In this document: positions 1 through 9,643 of the stretch, piece after piece
How the letters are laid out: each line of letters begins with the position of its first letter
How positions within the stretch are numbered: the first letter of the stretch is position 1
NCBI GenBank assembly: GCA_964482725.1
Contig: CAYZYT010000008.1
Span: 3,255 to 67,254, forward strand
From: an uncultured bacterium
Lineage (GTDB): Bacteria > Omnitrophota > Omnitrophia > Omnitrophales > Aquincolibacteriaceae
Direction of reading: 5' to 3'
DNA length: 64,000 nt
The notes under the pieces: generated by a model
Databases searched by the model: none
The model's input: only the letters and a program-made list of their open reading frames with translations
Told to the model about the DNA's origin: nothing
Program-made: the position numbers and the translations under genes

Positions 1-52
1 GATCTACAACGAGGCTCAATTCGATAATTCCATAAAGCCCGGTTACCAGATC

Positions 53-3000
53 ATGGATGCGGTCGACAGGTTGTCCGGCGTCGGAGAGGCGACAAAAAAA
101 GAGATCTTCGCATTCTTGAAACAGTGGGGGAGATTCTCAGGGATCTATCAAGAACCCGATGCTGCAAAAGAACCGGTTCTGGAGCCCAAGACGGAGGACT
201 CCGGCGCCGCTCGCTCGGAAATTCGCAGTGCGGGCAAGGTGACAGGGATATCACGTTCGGAATTGCAAACTTCCGTGTTAGCTCAGGGGGGTCCGAAAGA
301 GACAACAACCCGCCAAGAATTGATGGCCGGAGTAATGGAATTCGCGGGGAACATGGCTGCTGACGGAATGGGACGGAGGGTGTCATTTGCGGAAAAATTT
401 CTCAGGCAAAAGGTTGAAAAAACTAAAGGCGAGAATTTTTATGTGGATGTCACCAAAATCCCGATTGATGGGACCGATACGGTGCTTTGGGTCTGTCAAC
501 CTCCCTACGGCGGAAATTTTATGCTTGTCGAATATGGAGTGCTGCAGAGGACTTACACCCTCATCGACACGGGACTCGGATCTTACTATCGGGATACGCT
601 AGGATGGCTTCGCGGCCAGGGTGTTGATCCCAGTGCGATTGAGCAAATTGTCATGTTGCATGCCCATCCGGACCATAACGGTGCTGTAGGGTACTGGCAG
701 GAGGAATTTCCGCATATACGGATCGTTGCCCATCCCCAATGGGAAAGCATTTTTGAGGCCTCGGATCCTTTGCGGGGCGAGACCTTAAGATTTCTTGCCG
801 CCCTGTCGGAAGCCAAAAAACCAAATAAAGTTTTTGCATTCGATGCCTCGGCTCTTTCTGAGACGCACATCGGATCCAAGGTTTTTAATGTTGTCGGGAG
901 GATCACCGTTGGGGCGCTTGAATTTCAGGCGATTTCGTTTCCGGCCCATACGCCGGACAGTGTTCTTTTAGTGGATTTTTCCGAGAAACTCATCATGGCG
1001 GGGGAACCCTTGGTGAGTCCAGACCTTGTCATTGATAAGGATCGATTTGAATTTATTCTGGAGACCGTTCGTCTTTATTGGGAATACGGCGTGCATTCCT
1101 TAGGTGATATGGCTTTTGCAAGGGACAATCTCCGCTTAAAACGGCAGTCGACCCATCGGACCGAAATTTATGGCCATGGAGGGCCTCAGCATCGTAACAA
1201 GAAAGGTGTTTTTGGGCTTATGCCCCAAGTACGTGTTCGGAGAGGAGAAAATTTTTTAAATGGGCGTAATCTCGGTGCTTATTTTTCGGCGGAGGATGTG
1301 GCCGTCGAAGCATTGAAAACTGAGGTTGCTTCTCGAGTGGAAACTCGCAAAGCCGTTCCCGTCCGTGCGGAAGTTCGCGAAAGTAGTGAAAAAGATTTGA
1401 AATACGCTCAGTCTTTTATGGCGGCGGAGGCCCTCGGAAAAGAGCCCTTACGGAGTTTTCCGGCTTCGTTGTCTGGGAAACTGATCCCCTTGCATGCCTG
1501 GGAAAGCGGGGGATCGTTCCGGAACTTTTCGGAAAATCCCGAGGTCCGGTACCGCGCCCATTATGCCGGATTTGAGCATTTTGTGACCCTCAGTCCCGGC
1601 GAGGCCGCTTTCCTGGTTCTTGACGATGGCGAAAAAGGAGCGATCGTTTCCCTTGGGCATCATGAATGTCTTTCCTTGTCAGTCCGTGCCAAGTCCGGTT
1701 CCCGGCACGTGGTCGGACTTTTCCATATTCGGCCGGAGCTTAATTCCGGAAAACCTCAGGACGGCCTATTGCAATTCCGCTCGGCTCTGGATTATGTGAA
1801 GCAACAGGCCGGATGGACGGAGGTTCGGATCGCGATCGCGGAAAATGACCGGTTTGAAGGGTTTCCGGCCAGCACCACGATCCTGGATCTTGAAAAGGAA
1901 GCCGTCGCCCGGGGGATCGGTGTGGAATCTTCCGAGGTTTGGGCCTACGAAAAAGATACCTGGGTTGATACGGTGGTGACCTCTGAAGAAATGGCGATTC
2001 GTTTGCGGCGCTTGTCCGATAAAGTCGAGTTCCGTTCGATCCCGTGGAGCGGACGGTCGCCCAGCGGTATTGACAGGCTTTCTCTCTTCGTGTTTGGAAA
2101 AGGAGAGAATCTTGGCGGGGAAGAGTTGAAAACCGTGATGGCCGAGGTTGGGAAGAATATTTATATTTTTAACGCCCAGGTCTCCGGAAACAATTTGAAA
2201 TTCGGGATCGGCCAGCAGATCAACCGGCAAGGCACGGAAGTGCATCACATGCAGCTTGTTCCTCAACGCGGGCCGGGGAATATCTCGGGATGGATCGGCA
2301 AGGACTCGATGATGATCTTCCAGTATGACCCGAATTTTTCAAAGAACACCGCTGCGGATCTGAACAATCTCCGGGAAGACATGGTTCGCGTGGCACGGTT
2401 CCTGATCGAACAGGGACTCTCGCCGTCGATCAAGCTCGACCCGCAATCCTCAGAGAATTTCAAGTGGTTGACGCAATGGGGCGAGCAATTTGAATATGAG
2501 CAAATAAAGCTCCGGAGCCTTGGTGACCTTGCCCGCCAGCCAATCCAACCTGCCAGGTCGACCTGGCAGGTTGGATTGGCTCAAAGTGACGCAGCCGTGC
2601 GATCTGAAGCACGTTCCTTAACCCAATCCACCTCGGCGGAGGGTGGATCGGTGCGGTATGACCGGGATTGGTTTAAGAAAACGCTGATTCTTTATGATAG
2701 CTCGAATAAGGCTCTTCGAGAGGCTTTGGATCGGATCCTCGGGGAAGGATCCCGTATTTTAACGCCGGCACAAAAAGAAATTATTTCTCAATGGGCCGTC
2801 GGAGGTCTGAGCCTTGGCGCTATTGCACGTCTCAAAGGGATCCATAAATCGGGTGTTGCCGCAAAATTCACAGATGCGCTGAAGCGTATCCACAAAACGC
2901 TTATGGAGGCCGGCCTCGTTCAATACAACATGGGTGCAGATCTTCAAATGTTTCGGCTCGGCCGGGAGGGAAAAATAGGGGGCCCGCAACTCTCGGAGAT

Positions 3001-5854
3001 ACGTCAAATTCCGTCCGGCCGGACGGAATTGCCAACGGTCCGCTCTGAGGCTTCAGGGAAAGGCATAACCGCTTTTAAGTCGTCGCTGGATGCGACGATC
3101 CGTGCGTATGTGTTGCCTTCCGAAAAGGAGGCGCTCCTTCGAGAGTTTCGCGGGCTATTGGTTGAGTGGGTCAGGAAAGCCGTGAGAGAGGCGCTCGGTG
3201 ATCGCCGCTTTAGCAATGATATTGAAGCGATCCTTCCCAAGGGATCTTCAACGCGCGAGACGATGACGGTGCAAGATGCGGACAGGATTGATTTCGATGT
3301 CTGGGCTGTTGTGAAATCCCAGGTAACGGAAAGGAGCTTGAAGGCATTACAGAATCGGTCGGGGAAAGTGATTGAGAGTGTCTATGGTGCTGTGACTGAA
3401 GATATGGAACAGCGCGGGGTTTCCTACCAGTTCCTCAAGGCGTTTTTCAGGACAACCGACGAGGCTCTGAAGCTTGTTCCGAGGGAGAACACGATCTATG
3501 TTGAAGGGGCAACCTTGAAGCCGTTCCAGTGGATTGATTTCTCTTTTGCCCGTCCCAAGCCCTTTGGGAGCAAGGCCGAATATACGCAGGCGTTCTTGCA
3601 GCAACTGGGGGAAAAGGATCCGACGCTTGATGCCCGAAAATGGTCCCGGGCCCAAATTGTTATGATGAAAGATATTACTAAGAAGCTTGGAATCTATTAC
3701 CGCGCAACAGGGGGGCTGCGGAGCGTCGGAGCTGAGCAGCTGATCCTGAGGCTGGGCGGTTTTGATGGGGCTATGGAAAAACTTTATGATCAGGGCATTT
3801 ACGATGATAAGGGATCCTCTTTTTCCATCCGGAGCCAGGACGCGGTGGCTTCGCGGTTGCTTGTTGAAAATCCCGTTTACGACAAGACTGAGCTTTTCTT
3901 CAATGTCCTGAACTTTTTTGATCGCAACAATATGGAAAGCGCTCGGACCGGCAACCAAAACTGGAAGACTTTTATGACTTTGGTCTGGCGATATCATCAG
4001 ATGAAAGAAAAGAACGAGATCTTTAACATTGAACGGCTTGTGAAAGATACCGCCGCCCATCTTAGGACTTTCCGCCGCTCCGAGGCCCGAGCGGATTACA
4101 GAGCGGTTTATGCGTCGTTCGTGGCGGCGCTTCGGGATGTGCCGTTCGAAGAAACTCCCTTGGTGAAATGGTATGGGCCGCTGGCGATCATGAAGATCAT
4201 CCGTAAGGAGGAGGTTCTCTCGCAATCTCTTCTTTCGATCGGCGTCATGAATGATAACGCGGGAGACTGGAACGAGGGACTTGGGATCGCATTCGGCGGT
4301 CGTGTCCAGTATATGATCATGCCGGACGGAAGAGCGGTGAGCTATCCTCGCAATCAGGAGGCTATGGCCGATGATACCTTTAATCTTGCGGTTGAAACGC
4401 TTAAAGCCGCTTTCCGGGACAAGGCTAAAGGCATTTCGAATCAGACGGAGATTGATTTTCTGAGCAAGAAGCAACAAGAAGGCGCTCGGGCGGCGGCAGA
4501 GGCGGAAAAAGCGCGGCTGGATAAAGAGCCCGTCCTTTCCGCGGAAACGATCGCGCGGTTAAAGTCTCTTACGGATGAAGGTCTTGTGCTCGAAGGAAAA
4601 CGGCATTTCATCGAGATCAAATCAAAGTGGGTCGCTCAATCGGACTGGGTGAGACAACTCCTCAGCCGAAAGAATGCTGTCGCTCTCTTGCGCGGCATGA
4701 CGGAAGATTCTCTGGAAGTGGCTGCGACGCGGAGCGATGTTGAGATCTATGAAGAGGGGATCAAGCTTGTCACGCGCGTCCTGGAATTTGCCGCGCCGGA
4801 ACAAAAAACGGGTCTTGAGACCTTGCTCAGGACGCATCAGTTTCGTCTGAATAAGCTGCTCGGCATACCGAACACTCCTTTCAATGCCACGGGAAAAGGG
4901 ACGGTTCTCGGAAAAGGGAGAACCGTCCCTGTCACCCGTTCCGAAACTCGCTTACAGCAGCCTTATACGGGAGTGCTCGATGCGGTGTTGAGGGATAAGC
5001 CGGCGACGGATAATGTGGTTCGCCAATTCACGGAGGAAGTGCAGACGACCGGGGTGGAGCCGGTGACCCGGGGACTTTGGACCACTTTCAATAATATCTT
5101 CCTGCCGGACGCGATGGCGGCCATGGCGACTCGCAGTGATACGAAGGTTCAAGTGGCGACTTTTGATGCTCTTGAAAAGGCTCTGAACCAGAACAAGCTG
5201 AGTCGTGAGGCTTTGGACAGGATCGCAGAACAGCTGTTCACAAAGGAACTCGGGAAGCTTGCCGAGGCGATCGAAAAACATGAGATCGGCGGTATGGCAC
5301 CGGTGGTCTTTTATTCGCCGGAGATGAAGGCCCGGCTTCTCAAATTTATCGATACGGTCCAGACGAGTTTTGGTGCGGCGGGCGATGAAACGGGCAAAGA
5401 GTACCGGATCACACTCGTTTCGGAGAATAAGGCGGAACTTCTGAAATTTAAGACGGAGCTTTCCTCGCGGGGAATGCTCCGCGGCCTTCATTTTATCGGA
5501 GATAAGCGTTCCGGAAATATTTCCGGGGAACTGGCGTCTTCCGTCCTCCGCCATCCCGTCTTTGGCGCGAAGTTCGGTGTTTTCTTTCCCGACAGTGATC
5601 TCGGGCAGAATGTTGCCTGGCAGCGCGTGGTCCGTTCCGAGATCCCTAAAGAGTATGCCATGATCCTTCTCCCTGCTTTGAGTCGGTATTTTGCCACCGT
5701 ATCAACCTCTCAAATTAACGCGACGACTCTACGGCAAGCCTTGCCTGATCTGTTCGCCTCGGCCGGTTTTCGGGTTGGGCGGGGCATTGCCATCGTCGCG
5801 GAATTCCTCGAGCACATCGCCGCTGCGGAACGGCAGCTCTCGGCTTCGGCGTAA
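53..5854 (+). CDS. giant multidomain protein of at least 1933 aa; N-terminal metallo-beta-lactamase fold, internal LuxR/sigma70-region-4-like HTH; function unknown; 5' end probably lies upstream of window
   Basis: Single uninterrupted ORF. The frame is also open from position 2 to 52, so the true start may be outside the window. MBL signature HAHPDHNG (HxHxDH) after a LIDTG motif, and a second His motif AHTPDS. Residues about 880-930 (LTPAQKEIISQWAVGGLSLGAIARLKGIHKSGVAAKFTDALKRI) fit a LuxR/sigma-70 region-4 HTH pattern. No P-loop seen. Confidence 0.6.
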   Translation: MDAVDRLSGVGEATKKEIFAFLKQWGRFSGIYQEPDAAKEPVLEPKTEDSGAARSEIRSAGKVTGISRSELQTSVLAQGGPKETTTRQELMAGVMEFAGNMAADGMGRRVSFAEKFLRQKVEKTKGENFYVDVTKIPIDGTDTVLWVCQPPYGGNFMLVEYGVLQRTYTLIDTGLGSYYRDTLGWLRGQGVDPSAIEQIVMLHAHPDHNGAVGYWQEEFPHIRIVAHPQWESIFEASDPLRGETLRFLAALSEAKKPNKVFAFDASALSETHIGSKVFNVVGRITVGALEFQAISFPAHTPDSVLLVDFSEKLIMAGEPLVSPDLVIDKDRFEFILETVRLYWEYGVHSLGDMAFARDNLRLKRQSTHRTEIYGHGGPQHRNKKGVFGLMPQVRVRRGENFLNGRNLGAYFSAEDVAVEALKTEVASRVETRKAVPVRAEVRESSEKDLKYAQSFMAAEALGKEPLRSFPASLSGKLIPLHAWESGGSFRNFSENPEVRYRAHYAGFEHFVTLSPGEAAFLVLDDGEKGAIVSLGHHECLSLSVRAKSGSRHVVGLFHIRPELNSGKPQDGLLQFRSALDYVKQQAGWTEVRIAIAENDRFEGFPASTTILDLEKEAVARGIGVESSEVWAYEKDTWVDTVVTSEEMAIRLRRLSDKVEFRSIPWSGRSPSGIDRLSLFVFGKGENLGGEELKTVMAEVGKNIYIFNAQVSGNNLKFGIGQQINRQGTEVHHMQLVPQRGPGNISGWIGKDSMMIFQYDPNFSKNTAADLNNLREDMVRVARFLIEQGLSPSIKLDPQSSENFKWLTQWGEQFEYEQIKLRSLGDLARQPIQPARSTWQVGLAQSDAAVRSEARSLTQSTSAEGGSVRYDRDWFKKTLILYDSSNKALREALDRILGEGSRILTPAQKEIISQWAVGGLSLGAIARLKGIHKSGVAAKFTDALKRIHKTLMEAGLVQYNMGADLQMFRLGREGKIGGPQLSEIRQIPSGRTELPTVRSEASGKGITAFKSSLDATIRAYVLPSEKEALLREFRGLLVEWVRKAVREALGDRRFSNDIEAILPKGSSTRETMTVQDADRIDFDVWAVVKSQVTERSLKALQNRSGKVIESVYGAVTEDMEQRGVSYQFLKAFFRTTDEALKLVPRENTIYVEGATLKPFQWIDFSFARPKPFGSKAEYTQAFLQQLGEKDPTLDARKWSRAQIVMMKDITKKLGIYYRATGGLRSVGAEQLILRLGGFDGAMEKLYDQGIYDDKGSSFSIRSQDAVASRLLVENPVYDKTELFFNVLNFFDRNNMESARTGNQNWKTFMTLVWRYHQMKEKNEIFNIERLVKDTAAHLRTFRRSEARADYRAVYASFVAALRDVPFEETPLVKWYGPLAIMKIIRKEEVLSQSLLSIGVMNDNAGDWNEGLGIAFGGRVQYMIMPDGRAVSYPRNQEAMADDTFNLAVETLKAAFRDKAKGISNQTEIDFLSKKQQEGARAAAEAEKARLDKEPVLSAETIARLKSLTDEGLVLEGKRHFIEIKSKWVAQSDWVRQLLSRKNAVALLRGMTEDSLEVAATRSDVEIYEEGIKLVTRVLEFAAPEQKTGLETLLRTHQFRLNKLLGIPNTPFNATGKGTVLGKGRTVPVTRSETRLQQPYTGVLDAVLRDKPATDNVVRQFTEEVQTTGVEPVTRGLWTTFNNIFLPDAMAAMATRSDTKVQVATFDALEKALNQNKLSREALDRIAEQLFTKELGKLAEAIEKHEIGGMAPVVFYSPEMKARLLKFIDTVQTSFGAAGDETGKEYRITLVSENKAELLKFKTELSSRGMLRGLHFIGDKRSGNISGELASSVLRHPVFGAKFGVFFPDSDLGQNVAWQRVVRSEIPKEYAMILLPALSRYFATVSTSQINATTLRQALPDLFASAGFRVGRGIAIVAEFLEHIAAAERQLSASA

Positions 5855-5860
5855 GTTGCC

Positions 5861-5950
5861 GGGAACGGTGAGCGGGTAACGCTTTGTTCTGCGCTTCCCG
5901 AGATTTCCTGCAAGATTTTTTTGTTCTCCGTTTCCCGTTCCCCGTTTCCC
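5861..5950. promoter_or_regulatory. imperfect inverted repeat (GGGAACGGTGAGCGGGTAACG ... CGTTTCCCGTTCCCCGTTTCCC) in the giant-ORF/metH intergenic region, with triplicated CCGTTTCCC words; possible terminator/attenuator or operator
   Basis: Arms 5861-5881 and 5929-5950 are about 17/21 complementary. A TTAATAT -10-like box lies just downstream, before the metH ATG at 5970. Confidence 0.3.
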
Positions 5951-5969
5951 GTGTTAATATATCCGCTCT

Positions 5970-8900
5970 ATGACTCATCCACTCCTTAAAAAACTTAATG
6001 AGAAGGTCCTTGTGTTCGACGGGGCGCTGGGGACGAATCTCCAGACGCTCAATCTCACGAGCCAGGACTTCGGCGGCAAAGACGGCTGCAATGAATATCT
6101 GGTGATCACCAAGCCCGACGCCATCCGGAGCGTCCACGAAAGTTTCCTCAAGGCCGGCTGTGACGTGATCGAGACCGATACGTTCGGCTCCAATCGCATT
6201 GTCCTTTCCGAATACGGTCTCCAGGACCGCGTTGTGGAACTGAATGAAAAGGCCGCGCGCCTTGCCAAAGAACTCGCCCAGAAATATTCCACGCCCGATC
6301 ATCCTCGGTTTGTCATGGGCTCGGTCGGCCCCGGGACGAAGCTTCCGTCGCTCGGGCATATCGGTTTCGAAGAACTCAAGGAATCCTACAAAGAACAATA
6401 CAAGGGGCTCATGGCCGGCGGGGTGGACGGCCTTCTGATCGAGACCTGCCAGGACCTGCTTCAGACCAAGATCGCCATCATTGCCGCAGTGGAATACTTC
6501 AAGGAGGTCGGCCGTCGGCTGCCGCTCATGGCGCAGGTGACTTTGGAACCGACCGGAACGATGCTCCTTGGTACCGATATTCAGGCCGTGATCGCGACAC
6601 TTGAGATGTTCCCGGTGGATGTGATCGGGATGAATTGCGCGACCGGGCCTGCCGAAATGGCCGAGCATGTTCGAACGCTTTGTGAGAGTTCCATCAAGCA
6701 TATCTCCGTGCTGCCGAATGCCGGGCTTCCGGAGAATGTCGGCGGCGTGGCCCATTATCACCTGACGCCCAAGGAGCTCGCGGATTACCACGAGCGCTTT
6801 GTCAAAGAATTCGGAGTCTCGATCGTGGGCGGCTGCTGTGGCACGACGCCCGAGCATTTGAAAGCGGTTGTGGAGCGCGTCGGAAAATGTGTTCCCAAAA
6901 AGCGGACGCCCAAGCATGAACCGGCCTGCGCAAGTCTCTACGGTATCTCGACCTACGCCCAGAAGCCCGCGCCGCTTCTCGTGGGCGAACAGACCAACGC
7001 GAACGGCAGCAAGAAATTCAAGCAGCTCCTGGAACGTGAAGATTATGATGCGATCGTGGGCGTGGCGCGCGAAGCCGTGAAAGAGGGCGCGCATCTTGTA
7101 GATCTTTGTGTGGCCTATGTCGGGAGAGATGAGAAAAGGGATATGATCGAATCCATCAGCCGCTTCAACCAGCAGGTGACGGTGCCGGTGATGATCGATT
7201 CGACGGAGTACGCCGTGATCGAAGAGGCGCTGAAGCATATCGCGGGAAAGCCCATCATCAACTCGATTAATCTCGAGGACGGAGGCGAACGGCTGCGCAA
7301 GATCTGCCCCATGGCGAAAAAATACGGGGCAGCGCTCGTGGCCCTTACGATTGATGAAAAGGGGATGGCGAAGACGCGCGAAGAAAAGCTCCGCGTCGCC
7401 AAGCGCATCTATCAGATCGTCACCCAGCAATACGGCATCCGGCCGGAAGATATTTTCTTTGATCTGCTGACCTTTACGCTCGGGAGCGGCGCCGAAGAGT
7501 TCCGCAATGCTGCGCCCGAGACGATCGGGGCCATTCGGCGGCTCAAGAAAGATCTGCCCGGCGTTCAAACCATTCTCGGAGTCAGCAATATCTCGTTTGG
7601 CCTTGCGCCGCATGCCCGGCAGGTTTTGAACAGTGTTTTTCTTCATGAATGTCTGGAGGCGGGACTCGATGCCGCGATCGTGCATGCCAAGAAGATCGTG
7701 CCGCTTTTCAAGATCGCGGCCGATGATCTGGAGGCGGCGAAGAGACTTTTGCATAACAAATGGATCGACGGGAAAGATCCTCTTCAGGAATATATTGCGC
7801 ATTTTTCGAAGAAACAGGGAACGGTCGAGGGACCCCGCGAGCGGGCGGGAACGGTCGAGGACCGGGTGAAGAACCATATTCTTGACGGGAATTCGGACGG
7901 CCTTGTCGAGGATCTGGAGGAGGCTCTTAAAAAATACAAGCCGCTTGAGATCATCAATGAATTCCTCCTGGGCGGCATGAAAGTGGTCGGGGAGCTTTTC
8001 GGTGCGGGGAAGATGCAGCTTCCGTTCGTGCTTCAGTCGGCGGAGGTCATGAAAAAGGCCGTCGCGCATCTTGAAAAATTCATGGAGAAAAAAGACGGCC
8101 AGGATCGAGGCCGGATCGTGCTGGCGACCGTCAAAGGCGACGTCCATGACATCGGGAAAAATTTAGTCGACATCATTCTGACCAACAACGGTTACAAGGT
8201 TTTCAATATCGGGATCAAGCAGCCGGTCGAGGCGATCATCAAAGCGGCGATCGAGAACAAAGCGGACGCGATAGGGCTTTCCGGATTGCTCGTGAAGTCG
8301 ACCCTGATCATGAAAGAAGATCTTGAGGAGATGCACCGGCGCGGGATCAAGATCCCGGTGATCTGCGGGGGTGCCGCGCTTACGGAACGCTTCGTGGAGC
8401 GTGATCTCACGCAGGCCTATCAGGGCCCGGTTCATTACGGGCGCGATGCCTTTTCAGGTCTCAAGATCATGGAAAGTCTTAAAAGTCCTGTTGTGGTATC
8501 TTCCAAAGAATTGCCGAAAGTCGTTGAGAAGATCGTCCCCGTGCCTTCGGTTGCGGCAAAACCTGCCCCGGTCGCTCCTCCAGTTCAGCCCGCTCCGCCT
8601 GTCTCCACACCGCGGCGAGTGGACGGAGTTCCGCATAGTGAGCCGAGGCCGCGAGGCCCTTCATTCCATGTCCACCGGGATAATCCGATCCCTCAGCCGC
8701 CGTTCTTTGGCTACCGGATCCTCAAGAGTCTCCGGATGCTGGATATTTTCCCATGGACCAACAAGATCGCACTTTACCGGGCGCAGTGGCAGTTCAAGCA
8801 GGGGGACAGGACGCCGAGGGAATTTGAACTTTATCTTCAGGAGAATGTCGAACCCATTTTTGAGCGGTTCAAGGCCCAGACGATCCGTGAAAAGATCCTG

Positions 8901-9476
8901 GAGCCGAAGATCATCTATGGCTATTACAAATGCTATTCCGATAAGAATGATCTTGTTGTGCTCGATGCCTCCGGCCAAAATGAGCTCAGCCGCTTTACGT
9001 TTCCCCGGCAATCACGCGAGCCTTTCCAATGCATCGCAGACTTTTTCAGGCCGAAGGGCGGCGAGTTGGATGTCGTGGCGCTTCATGCCGTGACTCTGGG
9101 CAAGAGGGCCAGCGAAGTTGAGCAGAAGCTTTTCAAGACGAATAAATACACGGAATATCTTTATCTGCACGGTCTTTCCGTGGAGGCCACCGAGGCTCTT
9201 GCCGAGTACGCGCATCTTTTGATCCGCCGGGATCTGGGGATCGACAAGCAGGATAAGCGTTCAAGAGAGGAGATCTTCCGGCAGGGGTATCAGGGTTCGC
9301 GTTACAGCTTCGGGTATCCGGCCTGCCCGGATCTTGAGGAACAGAAAAAACTTTTCTATCTTCTTCCGGCGGAGAAGATCGGGATCACTCTAAGCGAAAC
9401 CTTCCAGATGCATCCCGAGCAATCCACGTCCGCCATCATCGTCCATCACCCTCAGGCGAAGTACTTTTCCGTTTAA
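5970..9476 (+). CDS. metH: cobalamin-dependent methionine synthase
   Basis: 1168 aa. N-terminal homocysteine S-methyltransferase region (GALGTNLQ), pterin-binding domain, B12-binding motif DVHDIGKNLV, and a C-terminal SAM-dependent reactivation domain. Confidence 0.95.
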   Translation: MTHPLLKKLNEKVLVFDGALGTNLQTLNLTSQDFGGKDGCNEYLVITKPDAIRSVHESFLKAGCDVIETDTFGSNRIVLSEYGLQDRVVELNEKAARLAKELAQKYSTPDHPRFVMGSVGPGTKLPSLGHIGFEELKESYKEQYKGLMAGGVDGLLIETCQDLLQTKIAIIAAVEYFKEVGRRLPLMAQVTLEPTGTMLLGTDIQAVIATLEMFPVDVIGMNCATGPAEMAEHVRTLCESSIKHISVLPNAGLPENVGGVAHYHLTPKELADYHERFVKEFGVSIVGGCCGTTPEHLKAVVERVGKCVPKKRTPKHEPACASLYGISTYAQKPAPLLVGEQTNANGSKKFKQLLEREDYDAIVGVAREAVKEGAHLVDLCVAYVGRDEKRDMIESISRFNQQVTVPVMIDSTEYAVIEEALKHIAGKPIINSINLEDGGERLRKICPMAKKYGAALVALTIDEKGMAKTREEKLRVAKRIYQIVTQQYGIRPEDIFFDLLTFTLGSGAEEFRNAAPETIGAIRRLKKDLPGVQTILGVSNISFGLAPHARQVLNSVFLHECLEAGLDAAIVHAKKIVPLFKIAADDLEAAKRLLHNKWIDGKDPLQEYIAHFSKKQGTVEGPRERAGTVEDRVKNHILDGNSDGLVEDLEEALKKYKPLEIINEFLLGGMKVVGELFGAGKMQLPFVLQSAEVMKKAVAHLEKFMEKKDGQDRGRIVLATVKGDVHDIGKNLVDIILTNNGYKVFNIGIKQPVEAIIKAAIENKADAIGLSGLLVKSTLIMKEDLEEMHRRGIKIPVICGGAALTERFVERDLTQAYQGPVHYGRDAFSGLKIMESLKSPVVVSSKELPKVVEKIVPVPSVAAKPAPVAPPVQPAPPVSTPRRVDGVPHSEPRPRGPSFHVHRDNPIPQPPFFGYRILKSLRMLDIFPWTNKIALYRAQWQFKQGDRTPREFELYLQENVEPIFERFKAQTIREKILEPKIIYGYYKCYSDKNDLVVLDASGQNELSRFTFPRQSREPFQCIADFFRPKGGELDVVALHAVTLGKRASEVEQKLFKTNKYTEYLYLHGLSVEATEALAEYAHLLIRRDLGIDKQDKRSREEIFRQGYQGSRYSFGYPACPDLEEQKKLFYLLPAEKIGITLSETFQMHPEQSTSAIIVHHPQAKYFSV

Positions 9477-9580
9477 GAAATCTACGCTTTTTAAAACGGA
9501 GCTCATAGCCTCTCGCCCCTAGCTTAAAATTCAAAAAAGAAATTTGTCTTTACGCCAAGGGAGCCGGCATTTCTTCGCAG

Positions 9581-9621
9581 AAAAAAAAGGACGGTTCTCT
9601 TTTGGAGAACCGTCCCTTTTG
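9581..9621. terminator. bidirectional Rho-independent terminator between convergent metH and pckG
   Basis: A-run, then perfect hairpin GGACGGTTCTC-TTTT-GGAGAACCGTCC, then a T-run. Confidence 0.65.
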
Positions 9622-9643
9622 ACTACGAGTTATCGGCTCGGGG

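Noticed and set aside
5715-8147. 810-aa ORF on the minus strand
   Set aside because: It is antisense to metH, whose homology is unambiguous, and is a typical shadow ORF in GC-rich DNA. The same reasoning covers 3347-4477(-), 4952-5554(-), 9713-10678(+), 10180-10956(-), 18926-20080(-), 28961-29785(-), 30017-31318(-), 39512-40567(-), 46559-47347(-), 50018-51325(-), 50994-51902(-), 54996-55661(-) and 55785-56768(-).
8371-9093. 240-aa ORF inside metH in another forward frame
   Set aside because: Its composition is Arg/Ser-rich and low-complexity, it overlaps a well-supported gene in frame +2, and it has no independent evidence.
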